A stretch of 64,000 bases of DNA, from positions 806,001 through 870,000 of the forward strand of contig AP026172.1 of NCBI GenBank assembly GCA_030295235.1. Reading direction: 5' to 3'. Under the pieces are notes generated by a model that worked only from the letters and a program-made list of their open reading frames with translations, was not told the DNA's origin and made no database searches. The translations under genes were made by a program, and so were the position numbers. Source of the stretch: Fistulifera solaris (lineage: Eukaryota). How positions within the stretch are numbered: position 1 is the first letter of the stretch; the number at the start of each line of letters is the position of its first letter. Below are positions 12,778-26,110 of this stretch, in pieces.

Positions 12778-13836
12778 TTATTGTACAGCCGACGAATGGG
12801 CATGAGGCTCATAGAGACGGACGATTTTCTTTGCGGCAGCGATCTCTGGATCGAGACACGTACGGCAATAGACCAGAAAGTCTCCGGGAATGGGTACCAC
12901 GGGATCGATCCAAGGGCCCTGGCACTTGGGACAATGCGCTGGTAGCGACACTTTTTGGACATGGGGAGGAGGTGGCAGGTCGGAAGATGCTAAACGGCGT
13001 TTCATGGCTTGTTCTTCCAGCCACATGACTCTCAGTTGCGTCAACCAACTCACCAACACTGCCACAGATAATACAGTCATGACAGCGTTCCGGGTCGTCT
13101 GTGATATTTGAGAAGATAAGTCTTTACTTGGCGTCGTCGGTCGATCTTGTTGCGTTTGACGTCGAACCACTGTGCCCAAACAAAGCGATACAAGATCAAA
13201 GTGAAAGGATTTTCCCAACAGAAAGCCCCATTGACAAAAAACATTGCCCGCTTCACTACCAAGTTGTATCAAACGCACAATAATTTGTAGGACTCGACGG
13301 TGCGATGGTGAAAGAGACAGAAGATCAATACCCCACAAAGATTGATCTTGTGTTACGCATGCCAATTTTTCCTTCAAATACGGACCCAACGCCACGAGAA
13401 TTGCCAATCGTGTCGCATTCTTTCGATCCAATGGTACCATTCGATGCTTCCCGTTTTCGGGAAGAAGCATAGCACGTTTGTTTCCGTAAACCGCTTCGGC
13501 GCAGGAAGCGGACGTCATTCGCAAACACCGTCGCTCAATCCAGTAGAGCAACAAACATCGCCATTCAGCATGGTAACGCTTCATGAAAGCAATGAGAATG
13601 AATGAATAACGTTTCATGCGAGCGATGACATAATTTTGACTGGTAGGTAGCGTAGCGAGTCGGTTTAACAGCGAATCATAGACGATTTTCAACGCCTCGC
13701 GTCCGGATCGTTCCGCGTCTTGTATGAATTTCATTTCCAGAAAGGAAGGCACTGCTGTATACGGATCGATGCACCATTCTTCGGCTAACAAGGCCCCCGT
13801 TGTTTTGGGTATTAATAAATCAATAGGGTCGTGCAT
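12778..13836 (-). CDS. PEX12: Peroxin PEX12-like (Pex2/Pex12 N-terminal domain + reduced RING)
   Basis: PSFLEM near the N-terminus, ER..LR...AS..EAVYG.KR, PYLKEKL, LPPPP followed by CPKC...YCRTC. Confidence 0.8.
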   Translation of the reverse strand: MHDPIDLLIPKTTGALLAEEWCIDPYTAVPSFLEMKFIQDAERSGREALKIVYDSLLNRLATLPTSQNYVIARMKRYSFILIAFMKRYHAEWRCLLLYWIERRCLRMTSASCAEAVYGNKRAMLLPENGKHRMVPLDRKNATRLAILVALGPYLKEKLACVTQDQSLWGIDLLSLSPSHRRVLQIIVRLIQLGSEAGNVFCQWGFLLGKSFHFDLVSLCLGTVVRRQTQQDRPTTPSKDLSSQISQTTRNAVMTVLSVAVLVSWLTQLRVMWLEEQAMKRRLASSDLPPPPHVQKVSLPAHCPKCQGPWIDPVVPIPGDFLVYCRTCLDPEIAAAKKIVRLYEPHAHSSAVQ

Positions 13837-14400
13837 GTTGGTAAGTTGTCATGAACTGCTATGATGGTATGGAAGCAATCAAATCAAATAATAATACGGT
13901 ACCTGGTGAACGCGACGCTACGCGGCGCAAGGTTGCATTCACGACTGCAATCTAGTCAGGGGGTCTCGGGGAACCAATGCTTTCGGGTCGTAAGTCGATC
14001 TCCTTTTCGACTTCTAAAATTAATGATCAATAAGGTCGATAAAATAGAAACTCGACTAAAAGTTGGTTACCTATGGAGAAGATCCTGCTTTCATCAGACG
14101 CGGAGCTGAAGCACGAAACGGAATCAAAGAGTTGACTTGGTGCTTTGAAATTCAGTCAGGGCAGGTTTAAGAGTCAAATTTTGATTTCAAGTTGTCATGC
14201 CTCTAGGCATTGTTATGAAGGCCCGGAAAAGAATTAGCTTTTAGTTCATAGCTTATACTCCGTATCATTTTACCGCGAGACTCATGAATTGCAAGAGTTA
14301 TGAAATCAAAGCCGCCTCTGATTTTTAGAATTGATTCAAATTCCTTTCATCGTTATTAGCGATTATATCATGATATGAATTTTAGTAGCGTTGCTGTTTT

Positions 14401-17400
14401 TTATTCGATCTCCAATCCGACATTGGCACTGTGTTGACTGTTATCGATCTGCGAAGGCGGCATGCTAAAGTCCAGAAAAAAGCTAGGCGCATCCAAAACT
14501 TGCGTGGAAATGTCGACATTGACTGTCGAATTACCCTCCACCTTGGCCAGCATTTCATTCGCAATTTGCAGTGTCAATGTCCCAACGTTGGCCGGAGAAA
14601 AAGCCATTTTGGCATAATCGGCCAGAGCCATGGCCACATACGTGAAGGATGGACGTCGATTGCTCTCCTGGTCCCAACAAGCCGCCATGATTTCTTGCAA
14701 GCGTCGTGGTGTGCTCGGCGGAATCGGTGGTCGACGACCTTCGGCGACTGCGTACGCTGCCTGAATCGGAGTCATGGTAACGAAGGGGACTTCCCGGGTG
14801 ATCAGTTGCCAAAGGCAAATGCCAAAACTATAGACATCTGCATTGCTCGAATAGGACTCGTGTCGAATTACCTCAGGAGCCATGTAGCGGTATGTTCCTG
14901 TCTCAGCCGTAAGCTCTTGACCTGTGTTGGCTACCGACATACCAAAGTCAGCGATCTTCACACGATGGTCCCTGGTAAGTAAAATATTGGAAGGTTTTAA
15001 GTCTCTATGAATTACGTTTCTCGAGTGCAAATACGCCATGGCATTCGCAATATCCAAAGCGATGGGCAAGTACTCATAATACCGCGAAGAATCCGAAAGT
15101 AGCGACAACAAAGAACCCCCTTCGCAGTATTCGTAGGCGAGACAAAAGCAGTCGGAATCTGCAGCCACACCGACTGAATTTGGAAGAAAAAAGAATGATT
15201 GTTAGCAACCCGGTGTACAAAGTTGGTATCCCATACAAAAGTGATGACGTACCTAAATCACAAACGTTTGGGTGACTCAATCGCGCCGCGATATCCGCTT
15301 CGCGTCGGAGCTCATCCACATAGGCCGTATTGCGTGTAGCAGGGTCCACCATGGCCACTTTCAAGGCGACCATTTTGACTGTCTTTACAGGAAAGGGACT
15401 CTCGTAGAACTCACTTCGTTGCCACGCAGCTCGGTAAATTGTACTTACTCGGCCTGCTCCTAGTGTTTCAATCAACATAATTTCGTCAAATGGAATCAAA
15501 GGCACAGCACGAGGTTCCGCAACTTCGCCGCTATTCGCGTAAAAGTCTGGGACTGTCAAATAATCCAGCGTCGGGTCTCCCTGTTCGATGCCAATGTTGT
15601 CCAAATTGGATGTTCCGCGGCGATTGATCATTTTCTTTCTGTGGCGCTGTTCATTTGGAACAAGAGCACTCGTCACTTCCTCTGGAATTGAAGAGCTAAT
15701 ATCCTCTCTGGATGACAAATGAGGTATGGATGGGACATTATCCACAAAAGATGATGACTTCACCTCCAGTTTAAAATCCGGTAACGATGCAGCAACCCTC
15801 TTACTGGACGATAGTTGCAAATCCGCACCGGGACTGACTTCGCTACGAGCCAACGCTTCATGCAATGGTATCGCTGATTCAATTTCCTGCTCCACATCTC
15901 TGCGACTTAAGGCTCGTGCTGCATAATCCTGTACGTACAATGGACCACTGGGTTCCATAACCGCAGAAGCGCTTGAAGGGAGGATAGGTGGAGGGTCATT
16001 TGGATTGTTTGCTTGAAACGTTCCGTATTCTCTCAAAAAGGCTTCGATAAGATTCGAAAGTTTGTCCAGGCGCAGTCGCCCTACCGTTTGAACCGTGAAT
16101 CGATCCTTTAAAATTGGATTAGAACAAAACTTGTGGGTCAACAATGACGAAAGACACTTAGCACACCCGCACGTACCAAGACGATTCCTTCCTTACTGAG
16201 CATGACGTCGGCATCAATCACACAGGAACCACCCGTCGACAAAAGTTTGGAAATATACTCCAACAGACCCACTGCATCCCGACAGGAAATAGTGACCAAA
16301 CACAAAGAATGATTCGATCCTCCCTGATAATTGGCCACCGCCAAAGCATGACTCCCCCTTCACTTCATCGGGCGATATATTATGAATATGAACCGCCACT
16401 TTGGTCGGATCGGATCGAACGGCTGCCACGAGTCGCATGTGCACCAAAACTTCCGACGGCGTATCGGCACTCAAGGCATAACGAAACGGCAACGAAGATA
16501 CAAAGTTGTAAATACTTTTCGTCACTTGCTCGCGCTGTTGGTCGGCCATTTGTGCCGTGTCAGTACTGACTCCGTACGACGAAGGTTTGAGCAGTTTAGA
16601 TTCGGCAATGAAGAGTTCGGCGACAACCGTACACAAATCATCAATGACAGCTTGTGCGTGTTCGGCACGTTTCCGAACTCGTGTTGCATTGGATGTATCA
16701 ATGTGTTTGCGGGTAGTAGAATTGACCGAAGAAGAAGACAAGTCATCGGTGTTGCTGAGATTTTCGGGAAGCCCATCGCGCCGCAAATTCTGTAAGCGCT
16801 CGCGCATCGACGTTTCGAGTTCTTCTTTTTCGTCAGCATGAGTGCATACGGAGATCCCGACGGCGGTGCCAGCGTACCAATTTCCTTACTCGACATGCAT
16901 CTATGGCATGCAATATTTGAGACACAATGATTTTCAACCCTTGCACATCATTCGAACTATATATTATATACGTACCTTCGAACACGATACGATTGAGCCA
17001 CCGCCGCCGACACGGACGAAGGTCCTGTCTCCAAGGAATTCAAACGCGTCAGACGAAAATCAGCCGGTCGGTTCTGAAACAAATTTGGCGCCGAAGAACC
17101 CAGCGGTGCATCACGTATCGGCTCCGAAGCCGAATCCGCTTCATCGATGCACGAAGACGAATGGCTGCTCAATCGACGGTTGAGAGGATCTTCCGGTGGA
17201 GATAATTGTTGATTCAACAGTATGGTTAAATTGGACGCGGGCTTTTCGGGAGTGTTGTGTGTCTTTGGCTCACCTATGACAGCGCGAGCGAACGGGTTGT
17301 TGGGGGGAATCAACTGCAATCCGTTGACTGTAACCAATGGTGGATTATTCGGACGCGTGGGTGAAGACGATGACTTGAAGACACCGCGCTGCCTATGAGC

Positions 17401-17445
17401 ATTCTTTCGACTCAAAAGTCGAGCGGCGGTAGCGTCTAGACTCAT
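14401..17445 (-). CDS. ACT-domain Raf-like (STY-type) protein kinase; introns ~16901-16975, ~16107-16175, ~15176-15251; a few frameshifts
   Basis: SLPFRYAL...EVLVHMRL; ACT-like VTISCRDAVGLLEYISKLL; VALKV, HRDLKPSN, DFG, ETGTYRYMAPEVIRHE, DVYSFG. Confidence 0.9.
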
Positions 17446-18501
17446 GGACGTGACGATTATTCAACTATCCAATGCTGGGTAAAAAAGTAGAATGGCTTCT
17501 GATAAGATGCTTCCTGCGGAATTCCCTCCAAGAATTCTTTGTTTCCAAGTTCTAAGCGCAATGAGATGAAATGCTAGTTGTATTTTACAATCGTCCTCAA
17601 AAATAATGGAATGATTGATTGATTGATTGATTGATTTGGCTGACACCTTTGTTTTGGAATCAACAGCGATGATGGCGAAGCAGTCGGACTTCCGCGTGTT
17701 ATTGCGGTTCGGGTCTACGAAAGTTGAATGGATGCGGATTATTGTGGCCTTCAAGCCTTCAAGGCCAAACTCTGACACCGGACAGAGTTCAGTCAAGATA
17801 CTCCCTGTTCTATAGTAAAAACATTGATGGCCTTGTTCCACGACGTTTCTTGAAGCTTGAAGCGCAAAACGCTAAACGCTTAATGACCCCTGAACGGTGG
17901 ACGGTGGACACTCGACTCGGAGTAGAGCGAAACGGTGCTTGCCGCCCCAGCCCCCACCGACCACCCACCACCACCACCTACCACCTGTTTCGGAGTACTG
18001 TAAATCTTAGTGACGTTAGAACTTTTTTGAGTCATTAGTCATTACATGATTATGCTACTCTAAAGAAATTATCCATTCGTGTTGCCTTGCCACGTCATAG
18101 GCTTGCCGCTTTCGTCGCATCAACTGCAACTGCTCTGAGATCACAGATCACGGTATCCAATGTGACGTTACTCGTTGTTCTATGTGCTCTCTCCCGGTTG
18201 TAGGTAGTATTTCCGTTCCAGAGAAATGTAGTATTGTGTTCGATGGCTCGATTGTATCCACTCTCTCCCAAAGCTAAGGGCCTTTAGCTCCAGCTAGGAG
18301 CACTGAAAGTGTTTCCATCATTCTCTCCTCTCTGAAAAAAGGTTTTAAAAGCAGGAGGCTAATATCCAGTACCGGTACATGATTCCTCGTACTGTCATTG
18401 TTAATCGCTACTTTTTTAAATCAGAGACAGTCCTGGAAAATGAGTTTACTCCCTACCCTCAGATTCGGAAAAGTTTAGACCTCATTTTAGTAGCTGTTGT
18501 T

Positions 18502-19363
18502 CTAAAATACAAGCGAGTTCGATCTATCTTTCGCTCGAATCTTGAGACCTGATTTAGGGGCCGGAACGGCACGAAACGACTCGACCGTTTGTAGGACGGC
18601 TGGTTCCGCCACTTTCCATCGCGAGGCGGATGCACTTCCCACCAGCATGACGGCGTTTTCCGTTCCTGCTGGAATTGTTGCCACCACAACCGCTCGTCGA
18701 GGTATTTCGGCATTCGTGGATTGCGACAATGATGAGAATGTCAGCTCGATCCTCCGATAATTATCGCCTTGCATGCGGCTTGATTTCACTTTGATATCGG
18801 TAGGAGGACCGTAAAAGAGAATCGTCCTGTTGGGTCAAAGAGACGTTCCAAAAAGAAGCTGTTTGGTAAACTCTGAAGCGATTTTCCTTGTGTATTTTGA
18901 GTCACGGCGAGGAAGGCCCCCTCACCGGTCCGTCCGTCACGGCATTCCACATCAAATACGGACCCTTTTCCAATTTCCAAGGTGCAACAAAACTCACGAG
19001 AACTGGCTGGGGGTCCTTCTTGGTTCCGACCAAAATCTCTGCCGCGACAGCGCCACTGCGATCCTGGCTCACGTCACTTCCATCCCGAAACACGACACCC
19101 GTTTGCGGTCGACTTTTTCCGGCTTGACTGGAAACCGTCATACCACCACCGGTATCAATACCTGTTCGTAAAAAAGTCTCAATGTCCAAACTCTCTTGTG
19201 CCGCCGCATTTGAATTGGTTGGAGCAATAATGGTGGTTGCTGCAATGGTACATGCCGACCAAAACTCGCGTCGCGTCGGAATATTCTCGAACGAAAATCC
19301 GCAAGTTTCGTTGACCATCAGAGTCAAGAAAATCGTTGAACTGATGGCTTTGGAAATGTGCAT
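18502..19363 (-). CDS. PsbP-like thylakoid lumen protein (frameshifts)
   Basis: Signal peptide + GF, twin-arginine TRREF and AAA cleavage site. C-terminus RRAVVVAT...MLVGSASASRWK...LQTVESFRA fits the PsbP fold. Confidence 0.68.
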
Positions 19364-20099
19364 GGTGTATTTTGAGGTCGATTATCCACTGAAAAGGTTC
19401 TTATGACTTCTGAAACATTCGTGAAACACAATGCTCTTTGTCATTACATTTGGAAGATGCCGATCTGCCGATCTGCCGATCTTTCTGTTTCTCTGACATT
19501 CAAAGCTGATGTCATTCGCTTCTCGTTCCTCCAAACGCCTGTCCGCTTGCCCGACAACAACGATGTCGATACAGTGAATGAATAAGGTGCCTTCTCTCTA
19601 GAGAGTCTAGAGAGGAAAATTTGCGATTTGAATTCATGACCAGGTACCAAGGAATAGATTGCTAGTAACTTTGGTTTGCAAACCAAACTATCTAAAAACG
19701 AACCGAGGTCAAGTTGCAGTCCATCTCTTGGAAACATCTTGATTCATGACTGAAATACAGTCCTGGAAAAGGACGCTTACACCATGGGCTATAGTCATCA
19801 GGACTCGACGAATTTTTCAACATGAACAACAGTCAAGGCATGCCTTGCAATGCTGCAGAAGGCACCGTACCAGTAGCTGCAGCATGCAAACGACAATAGG
19901 AGCCAACCAAAGTAGCATGACGAATTGAGGTCTGGTTGCAGTTTTTTTTAGAAATACGTGAAATATGACATTTGTAACAGGAGACCAGGGTAGCAACTAT
20001 GATGAATAACAAACTTAAGGACTAGTATTGGGTCCATTATTCGAAAGGAGTATCGACGTCAACAATCAACATAATAATTATCATCGATGCCTTTGCAAA

Positions 20100-21153
20100 T
20101 TAAGCTTGTTGTTTCTTGGCTTCACGTTCCACTTCATCGGCCGCCAGTGCTTTCTGACTCAATTCCAAGCCCGCCACTACCACTTTCAAATCCACCTTTT
20201 TCCCCACAATGACCACCGATGCAACTGATTTCGGTTCCATGGGTGCGGCTGTTCCTTCTCCAGTCGTCCATTCTTGATCGGCGTTCGAAGCCGCCGCCGT
20301 CGTCGTCGCAACTTCAATTTCTTCAATCGCAAATCCCGCAAACGATTCATTCGTATCCGTTTGTTCCAAGACATAGACGGTAATGGGCAAACTCTCCGGT
20401 GGTTCTTTGCGTGGGGCACGTTCCAAATACGCCACCAGACTCGTCGCCAAATGTCCCGCGTTGGTAATGACACGGACCCCCGTCTTGGTACCGGGGACGT
20501 GTCCCTCGGGACAATACAAATGGTCGGCCAAACTGAGCAAATCACGGGTGCGTTGACTCACTTGATCAAAGGTTTCAAACGTCAAGGCATCGGAACCGGC
20601 TTCGGGGATGGCGTCGGCAGCTTTGACCTGCGAAGGCAGTATGTCAGAAAAGGATCTGGCGACTCTTCATTCTCTACAAAAGGACCCTATATATTGTATC
20701 AACAAGAACAAGAACAAGAAGAACCACCACCACCCTACAAACAAACAAACAAACAAACAAACCAACAAACAAAAGACACTTACACGCAAGGGACTCGTTT
20801 TGGGAACTGGTAGGCCAGCTACTTTCAAATCGAGCGGCTTGGTAATCCGAAACGCCGATTTTCGCAACGGTGTGACACCATCTCCATTGAGACACCAATT
20901 AAAGGCATAATTTTGTCCTGGATATTCATTGGGAAAGACTTCGGTACGTCCGACGCGGGTCAGCGATTCCGGGATGGCTATTGAAAAAAAAACAACAAAA
21001 AAAGAGAAAAAGAAGATATTCTATGAATCGATTTGTTGTGGTAGAAAAAAAAGAGAGCAAAAATGTCAAAATCGAAACGCACCACTCATCGTTCGTTTCG
21101 GGGTCAAAGAAAAGCGCCCATTGAGAGCGGAACAGTACATGTCGGCCACTCAT
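20100..21153 (-). CDS. Probable mitochondrial protein resembling the N-terminal part of ATP-dependent PEP carboxykinase; two introns, frameshifts
   Basis: Exon 1 resembles a basic transit peptide. Exon 2: VGRTEVFPNEYPGQNYAFNWCLNGDGVTPLRKSAFR. Exon 3: FETFDQVSQRTRDLLS...LYCPEGHVPG...VRVITN. No P-loop seen. Confidence 0.5.
20738..20773 (+). repeat. (AAAC)n microsatellite in an intron
   Basis: caaacaaacaaacaaacaaacaaaccaacaaacaaa. Confidence 0.85.
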
Positions 21154-21533
21154 CTTTGGCGATTGAATGTAAGCAATCAAAAACGAAAGAAAACTAAAGT
21201 GTTTGACTCGATTGAAAGCTATAGGAAATAGGAAGAGGAAAAGCCACTTTTGCATTCCACCAGAACAAAACACACACACATACATACACAGCGCAACGTA
21301 CTGTAAGTTGAAACTGTACAAAACAATTTGGTCTGTCCTTTTGTCCGCTCATCGGATCGACACCAATCAAAAATTGCCCGCGAACGAGAACGAATGAAAT
21401 GAATAACCTAGTGTTATTTTCTTTCGATCTTTTTTTTTTCATCGGCATACGGATATTGTCCTTTGCAATCGTCGAAAGTACCGCATCAGACTCTCATTCT
21501 CATCGATATAGAAAAGTCAAAAACAGAAAAAAC

Positions 21534-22962
21534 ATGCCAGACATATCCGATCCACATTCCAGCGACCACAAACGCCGTCGCACAGAGGCCAACAACAACA
21601 ACAACAACAAGCAACATGCTTCACATCATCATCATCATCCTTCTGGAAAAGAACTCCATCGCCAACATTCTAAACGGGGACTCGTGCAACAAAGTAGTCA
21701 ATTTGGACGTGTCATGGAATCTGTGCCGTGTCGTAATAAACCACGACACGCGACACTGTCGCTGGCCATTCCGGGGAGTGCGTTGGCCAATTGTGTCACG
21801 AAAGAACTACAAACCTTGTGGGCCGGTCAAATTGCTCGTGCCGCGACTATTTATCACGTCGATGAAATCATCGTGTTTGATGATAAACTGACTGTCACAC
21901 CAACTCCATGGAATCGGAATCATCGGAGTCGTTCGTCCACACAGAAAGATCACAATAAGAAGAATACAGAAAAAGAGCTCATCCACGAAGAATTGAACCA
22001 AGACGACTCGACCAAACGCAACCAAGACGATAACAACAAGCCCACCCGGACGACTGATCCGCATTTGTTTTTGGCCCGTCTCTTGCAATACTGTGAATGT
22101 CCCCAATATTTGCGGAAACACTTCTTCCCCATGCATCCTGATTTGCAATTTACCGGATTGTTGCCACCCATGGATGCCCCGCATCATGTCCGGGCCTTGG
22201 ATCGTTCCAAATATCGAGAAGGTGTCGTTTTAGAGAAAATGGGTCCGATGGGGAATTCGTTGGTCCATTGTGGGATTCCCGGGCAAGCCCGTCGAGTACG
22301 TTTTTTTTTCATGTTTGTTTTTTTTTCAACCGTTGGGTGCGTGGTTGCACATCCATCCTAGAGTGTCTCAACGCCTTTCGTTTGTTTTCGTTTTCTTCTT
22401 ACCACAGAATCAATACACGGCTCACACCGGGTATTCGTTGTACGGTTCAGATTGATTCGTACACCACTGTCCAGTTGAAAGGTACGGTCGTATCACCGTC
22501 AGCACCGCGGTTGGACAATGGCACGTATTGGGGATACACGACCCGATTGGCATCGTCGTTGATGACCGTCTTTGACGAAGCACCGTACCCGTATGATTTC
22601 AAAATTGGCACCAGTGAACGGGGGACTCACAATTTAGAGGCGAAATCGTATCAAGTACCTTCGTTTACACACGCGCTGTTGGTTTTGGGGGTGTCGCCGG
22701 ATTGGAAGAATGTGTCAATGCCGATGAAAGTATTGCTTTAACAGGTAATCAGTGTTCGCAACTCTTTGATCATTGGGTGAATATTTGTCCGTATCAAGGC
22801 AGTCGTACCATTCGAACGGAAGAAGCGGTATGGATTGCCTTGGCCAAATACAGTCCGTTGTTGGCAAAAGCGAATGAAACAACAAAAACAGTCATCAAGA
22901 CGGCACCCGTAGTCACGACACTGGCGGAATTTTCAGACGAGCCGTCGGAAGAAAGTAGTGAA

Positions 22963-22997
<35 letters not shown>

Positions 22998-23058
22998 AGA
23001 AGAAGAAGAAGAAGAAGCAAAAGCTGGTAGCAATGATAATGGCGACGAATCGGATTAG
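21534..23058 (+). CDS. SPOUT1: SPOUT-family RNA methyltransferase (C9orf114/CENP-32); intron ~22296-22407, frameshift near 22690
   Basis: TLSLAIPGS, GQIARAATIYHVDEIIVFDD, LQYCECPQYLRKHFFPMHPDL, YREGV, YWGY, IGTSERG, NICPYQGSRTIRTEEA. Confidence 0.95.
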
Positions 23059-23189
23059 GCATTTGGTAATACATCCAATAGGACAGATATCATTTTCACT
23101 AAATCTAAATTTTGCGCTACTTGACTCTACTTTACTCACTCTCATCCGTTCCTGAGGATAATTCATCAGGTCATGTCGTTTCTTGTTGT

Positions 23190-23870
23190 TTACTCCAAAC
23201 TCCGTTCTCCATTTTCTCCCACAATGGACCCCGACGATGTATCGACACTCCATACTTGTTCCAGATTAAACACTTGTGGTGATACGCGATGTACAGATTT
23301 CCCTTGTTGTTGCAAATATGTTTCAATATCTTTGATAGTATGTATGTCGTCATTCCCAGTCGTACTCGTCGTACTATTGATACCGGTAGTGGAGCGACGA
23401 CGACGACTCGTGAAACCACCCCAATGATGATCCGCAATCAAATGTTGATTGCTACAACCACGACATTGGGCAATGACAATGCCTTGACGATAGGCGACGC
23501 GTGATACTTGATGTACATTGCGTGTTTCACAAATTTGGCACGTATATTGTAACTGAAATTTGGTGCCGACGACGGGCGATGCCGTTGTCGTGGCATTGAC
23601 GAACGGAGTCGTCGTAGAAGAAGAAGAAGGAGACGAGAGTGTTGCCGGCAATTGCGGAATCCCGCGGGGCAGAGTATCTGCGTCTTCAGCGTCATCATCG
23701 TCATCGTGACTGTATAAATAGATTATTGTGGTAGGGCGTCGGTAGCTCGACGATTCTACTACCGAAACTGCCGATGCCGACGGATGATGATTCAAAAATA
23801 ATGATACAAACGAAAATGATTTCGTCGTACCGATCAGCCGCATCCATAACAAGAAATAATAGTACTTCAT
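23190..23870 (-). CDS. DNL zinc-finger Hsp70 escort protein (Hep1/Zim17 family), probably plastid-targeted
   Basis: FQLQYTCQICETRN...SRVAYRQGIVIAQCRGCSNQHLIADH; hydrophobic N-terminus ending SF-SF. Confidence 0.88.
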   Translation of the reverse strand: MKYYYFLLWMRLIGTTKSFSFVSLFLNHHPSASAVSVVESSSYRRPTTIIYLYSHDDDDDAEDADTLPRGIPQLPATLSSPSSSSTTTPFVNATTTASPVVGTKFQLQYTCQICETRNVHQVSRVAYRQGIVIAQCRGCSNQHLIADHHWGGFTSRRRRSTTGINSTTSTTGNDDIHTIKDIETYLQQQGKSVHRVSPQVFNLEQVWSVDTSSGSIVGENGERSLE

Positions 23871-24581
23871 TTTTGTTGTAGTTGTAGATTTAATAAGAAA
23901 GGACGATAGCTTTATTGATAACAACAGTACCTGGGGATCGGAATTTGGTTGCGACAGAACAACAAAAGTAAAAACGGAAGAAAATAATACTCCGTAATAA
24001 AAGGGCCACAAGTTGAAGAATGACACTCGCATGACTGCGTGACGCATGCTTTTCGACGTAATGTCGTACCGTTTTGAAAATCCTATATAAAATACCGGTA
24101 CGATTTTCATCAGGAGAAAAGTCGCTCTCCTTTGACGTATGTATGACGTCACTGAAGGGTACCGGTACCCTCTACATGTTCATCGTTCATCGTTCAACTT
24201 CATGTGCCACAGACGGTGTGTGTTAAACGGGTGTGACTATGTAAACGATTGTGTGTGGAAATGGAAAACGTGGCCAGTCCGTTGTTCGAGTGTTGTGCAA
24301 CGAGCAATGTACGACGGTACGAGACTACAAGTACCTACAACGTACTTTGTAGGTACCTGTACAGAATGTACCTGGTACCTGGTACGTCGGCGCGTATCCT
24401 TGCGAAACACGCCAACGTGACAAAGCATCGGCATTTTTTTAAGATCGGCGATTTGCCGGAAGCAACCAACAATAATTTCAAAAAAAAAAAGACCATACCT
24501 TGGTACCTGGTACGCTTCATTTATTCCTTGCTATCTATCAACCATCAAACCATTCAACAAAAAAGAACAGCCCTTCTCAGC

Positions 24582-26008
24582 ATGAAAAAGATTCTGCAAA
24601 GCAAGCTTTCCTTATCATCCTCGCCCCGCAGCAACAACGATCATTCGTTCGCCAGAATTCTATGGCAAGCCTTGCAACTACAACGGATACAAAAAATCGC
24701 TCTCTTTGCTGGTATATTTCTGGCCACTTTTCACATACTTTTCCAATGGCATGACCCGTGGTATAATACTATCCCACTGCCTGTGTCGTCGTCCGATCGT
24801 TCTTACCAACCTTCACCAACATTACCCCAACCGGTCTATGTGTGGCCCTTGGATTTAGAAACAAACTCGTACAATACGGAAATTCTACAAATAGCCTACA
24901 ATGGTATCCAGGAATCCCGCTACTTGTCTTATACTACCAACAGAAATGATCCGAATGCTGTGTGGATTGGTGATGCCGGTGCTGGTTATTGGTTGATTTG
25001 GTATCTTGGGGCACATCACGAGATTGGACAATTTCTCTTGCGACATGGATTGTTGGGAAGACACCAATGGGGATACGATCGAACACCTTGGTGTCATCGA
25101 TTCTTACAACAAATTCAGTCCTCTCAACAAGAACGGCGGAAATTAAGTTTGCCACTCTTATGGCCTATTTACATTTTGGATTTGACCGATTTTTCCACTG
25201 TTTTGCGTTGCCCCGAGATTGAAAAAGTCATGGGTTCGGAACGAGTATTTTATGGCAAACGATCTATCGTACATGGGAGATTATTTTCTCAACGTCAACA
25301 ATGGACGCAGTTTGGCCAAAAGGCAGAGCTTCCCTCGTCGTTTTTACACACCCCATTGATTGTACGGACGGATACGGTACAAGGATTGCACGATGTTTTA
25401 CTGGAAAAATACAATCAGACGTTGGCGTCACCCATTGAAGAGCTACCACGTACTATCGATGTGGCTCATTTTTGGGCAGCCGTACCCAAGTACAAGTCCT
25501 TTTGAAAGGATCACGCTCACATCTTAAAGATTTGGTCAGTGACACAATCAGCGATTTGGGGGAACAATACCCGAACATGAATGTCTTTGTGGGCTTTGCT
25601 GGATCTCACGGTAGTCAAGGTCGACTCGATGTGGCATCTGCCTATATTGAGGCTTTACTCGATGCCAAAATAGTGGTCGTGACACAAACGGATCGTTGGG
25701 AAGATCATTATCGACTCTACGAAGCTCTGGTCACGGGGAGTATGGTAATTACCGATCGCATGTTGTCCTTGCCCCGTGGTCTCATCAATGGTACCAGTGT
25801 GATCGAATGTACCAGTCGTGACGATTTGCGGTCCAAAAGTTTGTATTACTTGTCGCATCCCGAAGAACGCATCGCAATCGCACGGCACGTGGCCATGTCA
25901 CAACATCGTTCGTGGCATCGGATGGAAGAATTGATCTTTGGAGAGATTAAATCTCAGTGTTCGCTTGACAATAATACGGATTGTCCGTTTGTGGTTCATG
26001 CTAGCTAG
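24582..26008 (+). CDS. Type II membrane glycosyltransferase-like protein (GT-B, Glyco_trans_1_2-like C-terminus); one frameshift
   Basis: Single N-terminal TM; YIEALLDAKIVVVTQTDRWEDHYRLYEALVTGSMVITD and YYLSHPEERIAIAR. Confidence 0.72.
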
Positions 26009-26110
26009 TTAACAATTTTGTAACAATCAGTTTCGATTATAATAGATTGGTGAACTTTAAAACGCGGACAAAGCGTCATCTACAGTCACTGGCGTTACCA
26101 CCATTCCTTT

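Noticed and set aside
12778..12960. Incomplete RING in PEX12
   Set aside because: A reduced, single-zinc RING is normal for Pex12.
22962..23016. (GAC)n(GAA)n and similar triplet runs, also at ~388-418, ~5680-5716 and ~28326-28357
   Set aside because: Ordinary coding poly-D/E/Q/N tracts.
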